Made by a program: the position numbers and the translations under genes. From positions 595,338-659,337 of the forward strand of contig JBAZXR010000001.1 in assembly GCA_041659765.1 (NCBI GenBank): a stretch of DNA of 64,000 bases, read 5' to 3'. Below, piece by piece: positions 62,998 to 64,000 of this stretch. The notes beneath the pieces were generated by a model that made no database searches, was not told where the DNA came from, and saw only the letters and a list, made by a program, of their open reading frames with translations. Position 1 is the stretch's first letter; each line of letters begins with the position of its first letter. This stretch comes from Patescibacteria group bacterium (GTDB lineage Bacteria; Patescibacteriota; Patescibacteriia; UBA9934).

Positions 62998-64000
62998 ATG
63001 ACGAAAGAAACTAAACTTTGGAATGCGTCCGTCCTTCTTTGGATGATCGCGCCCGTTCTCACCTTCTTAGGAATACTCGCCGTTGAAAGATTGCTGTTTA
63101 CCAACACAGACGATGGATCCATCATGCTTTTTGCCGCGGTGGGATCCGCAGCGCTTTGCATAGCCGCAGAATTGTTTCTCGTGAGATCAGCCTTGCTCCG
63201 ACAAGAAAAATACGGCTTCGTGCTCTTTTTTGCCGCATTATTGCAGTTTCTCATTCCGCTCTCACTGGTGATCGCGCTATCTCATGCCAAATACGACGGT
63301 GACGCGTTGGTCACCCTCGCTTTCATCGCCGGCTTCAATTTCTTCATTACTGTCCTAGAAATCCTCGCTCTTGCAGTCTTCTCTGCCATTGTAAAAATTC
63401 TCCAGCATACGCGCCACTCATCACGCGCCGAGAAAGTACTGCTCGCAGGAGCTATCCTCAGTATTCATGTCGCCGTTCTCTTTCCTGTTCTCATTTTGTT
63501 GATTACAAAGCCTCCACACCATAAAACCGCTACTCCGAGCTATTTATATGACGCGTCTTCAGTTGATTTTCGACGGGACGAGAAGGTAAAAACGACCCTC
63601 GGTCAACTCCCAAGACCATTGAAAATCTTCCGCAAAGCAGACGAATTCTTCGCCATGAGTCCTACAGGCCAGACAGTCTCATTACCTTTCATGGAGAATG
63701 TAGATGCCGATGCGGGCAAATTCATCTTCTTTGATGTCTACACGGATCGCGTCTACTACGAGCAGCATGGGGATGTCATGATGCTCGACATCAATTCTAA
63801 AAAAATCAAAAAGCTACCGGACGCGTTCACTCGTGCGCTCAAAGAGGAATCTTGTTTCTCAACCATGGTCGCCAACTGTAACCCGCGCCATATTCTCGGG
63901 GCACATAATAACGAACTCGCCCTGGGGTTTCAGGGGGATGTCGCAGTAATCAACATTGAAACCGGCGAAAGAACTAATACTAGCTACGAGGGCGGCGACT
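62998..64000 (+). CDS. hypothetical polytopic membrane protein (3' end beyond window)
   Basis: ATG at 62998 opens a frame that stays open to the end of the window (more than 330 codons). Several TM helices in the first 180 aa. It is not in the supplied ORF track because no stop lies within the window. Confidence 0.5.
   Translation, partial: MTKETKLWNASVLLWMIAPVLTFLGILAVERLLFTNTDDGSIMLFAAVGSAALCIAAELFLVRSALLRQEKYGFVLFFAALLQFLIPLSLVIALSHAKYDGDALVTLAFIAGFNFFITVLEILALAVFSAIVKILQHTRHSSRAEKVLLAGAILSIHVAVLFPVLILLITKPPHHKTATPSYLYDASSVDFRRDEKVKTTLGQLPRPLKIFRKADEFFAMSPTGQTVSLPFMENVDADAGKFIFFDVYTDRVYYEQHGDVMMLDINSKKIKKLPDAFTRALKEESCFSTMVANCNPRHILGAHNNELALGFQGDVAVINIETGERTNTSYEGGD

Noticed and set aside
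1-64000. CRISPR array
   Set aside because: The repeated sequences present are internally palindromic and irregularly spaced. They occur singly at gene ends with no unique spacers. No cas genes are present.

Overview
The window looks like a gene-dense bacterial chromosome segment, probably from a streamlined CPR/Patescibacteria-like genome. That guess rests on the small housekeeping set, many membrane-anchored hypotheticals, an atypical ribosomal-protein operon, and short MetK/ThrS. Genetic code 11 applies: TGA, TAA and TAG are all used as stops. Recognisable housekeeping genes are gyrB (3' end), secE-nusG-[membrane ORF]-rplK-rplA, a thymidylate cluster (dCMP-deaminase-like, thyA, folA, dut plus two HIT/GalT-like paralogs), gatB, miaA, thrS, dnaE, metK, pheST, rseP, a phosphohexomutase, lemA-htpX, clpC-like, radA and recG. 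Two regulatory RNAs are visible: a textbook SAM-I riboswitch upstream of metK and a probable T-box leader upstream of thrS. The most unusual region is an AT-richer defence island at about 27.8-39.1 kb sitting next to a tRNA-like gene with a 29-nt insertion in its anticodon region. On one strand it carries a DUF2779 nuclease gene interrupted by an in-frame TGA, an HNH protein, an unknown 238-aa protein overlapping a RelA/SpoT (alarmone-synthetase-like) protein, a fused HsdM-HsdS methyltransferase/specificity protein, HsdR, an OLD-like ABC ATPase and a DUF45/YgjP metallohydrolase. The genome also carries at least four families of intergenic palindromic repeats (REP/MITE-like), with a repeat hotspot upstream of recG. 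Several operons encode only proteins of unknown function, including a three-gene acidic/coiled-coil operon and a membrane-anchored single-AAA Clp homolog followed by a large surface protein. No CRISPR array, rRNA, integrase or transposase was seen.
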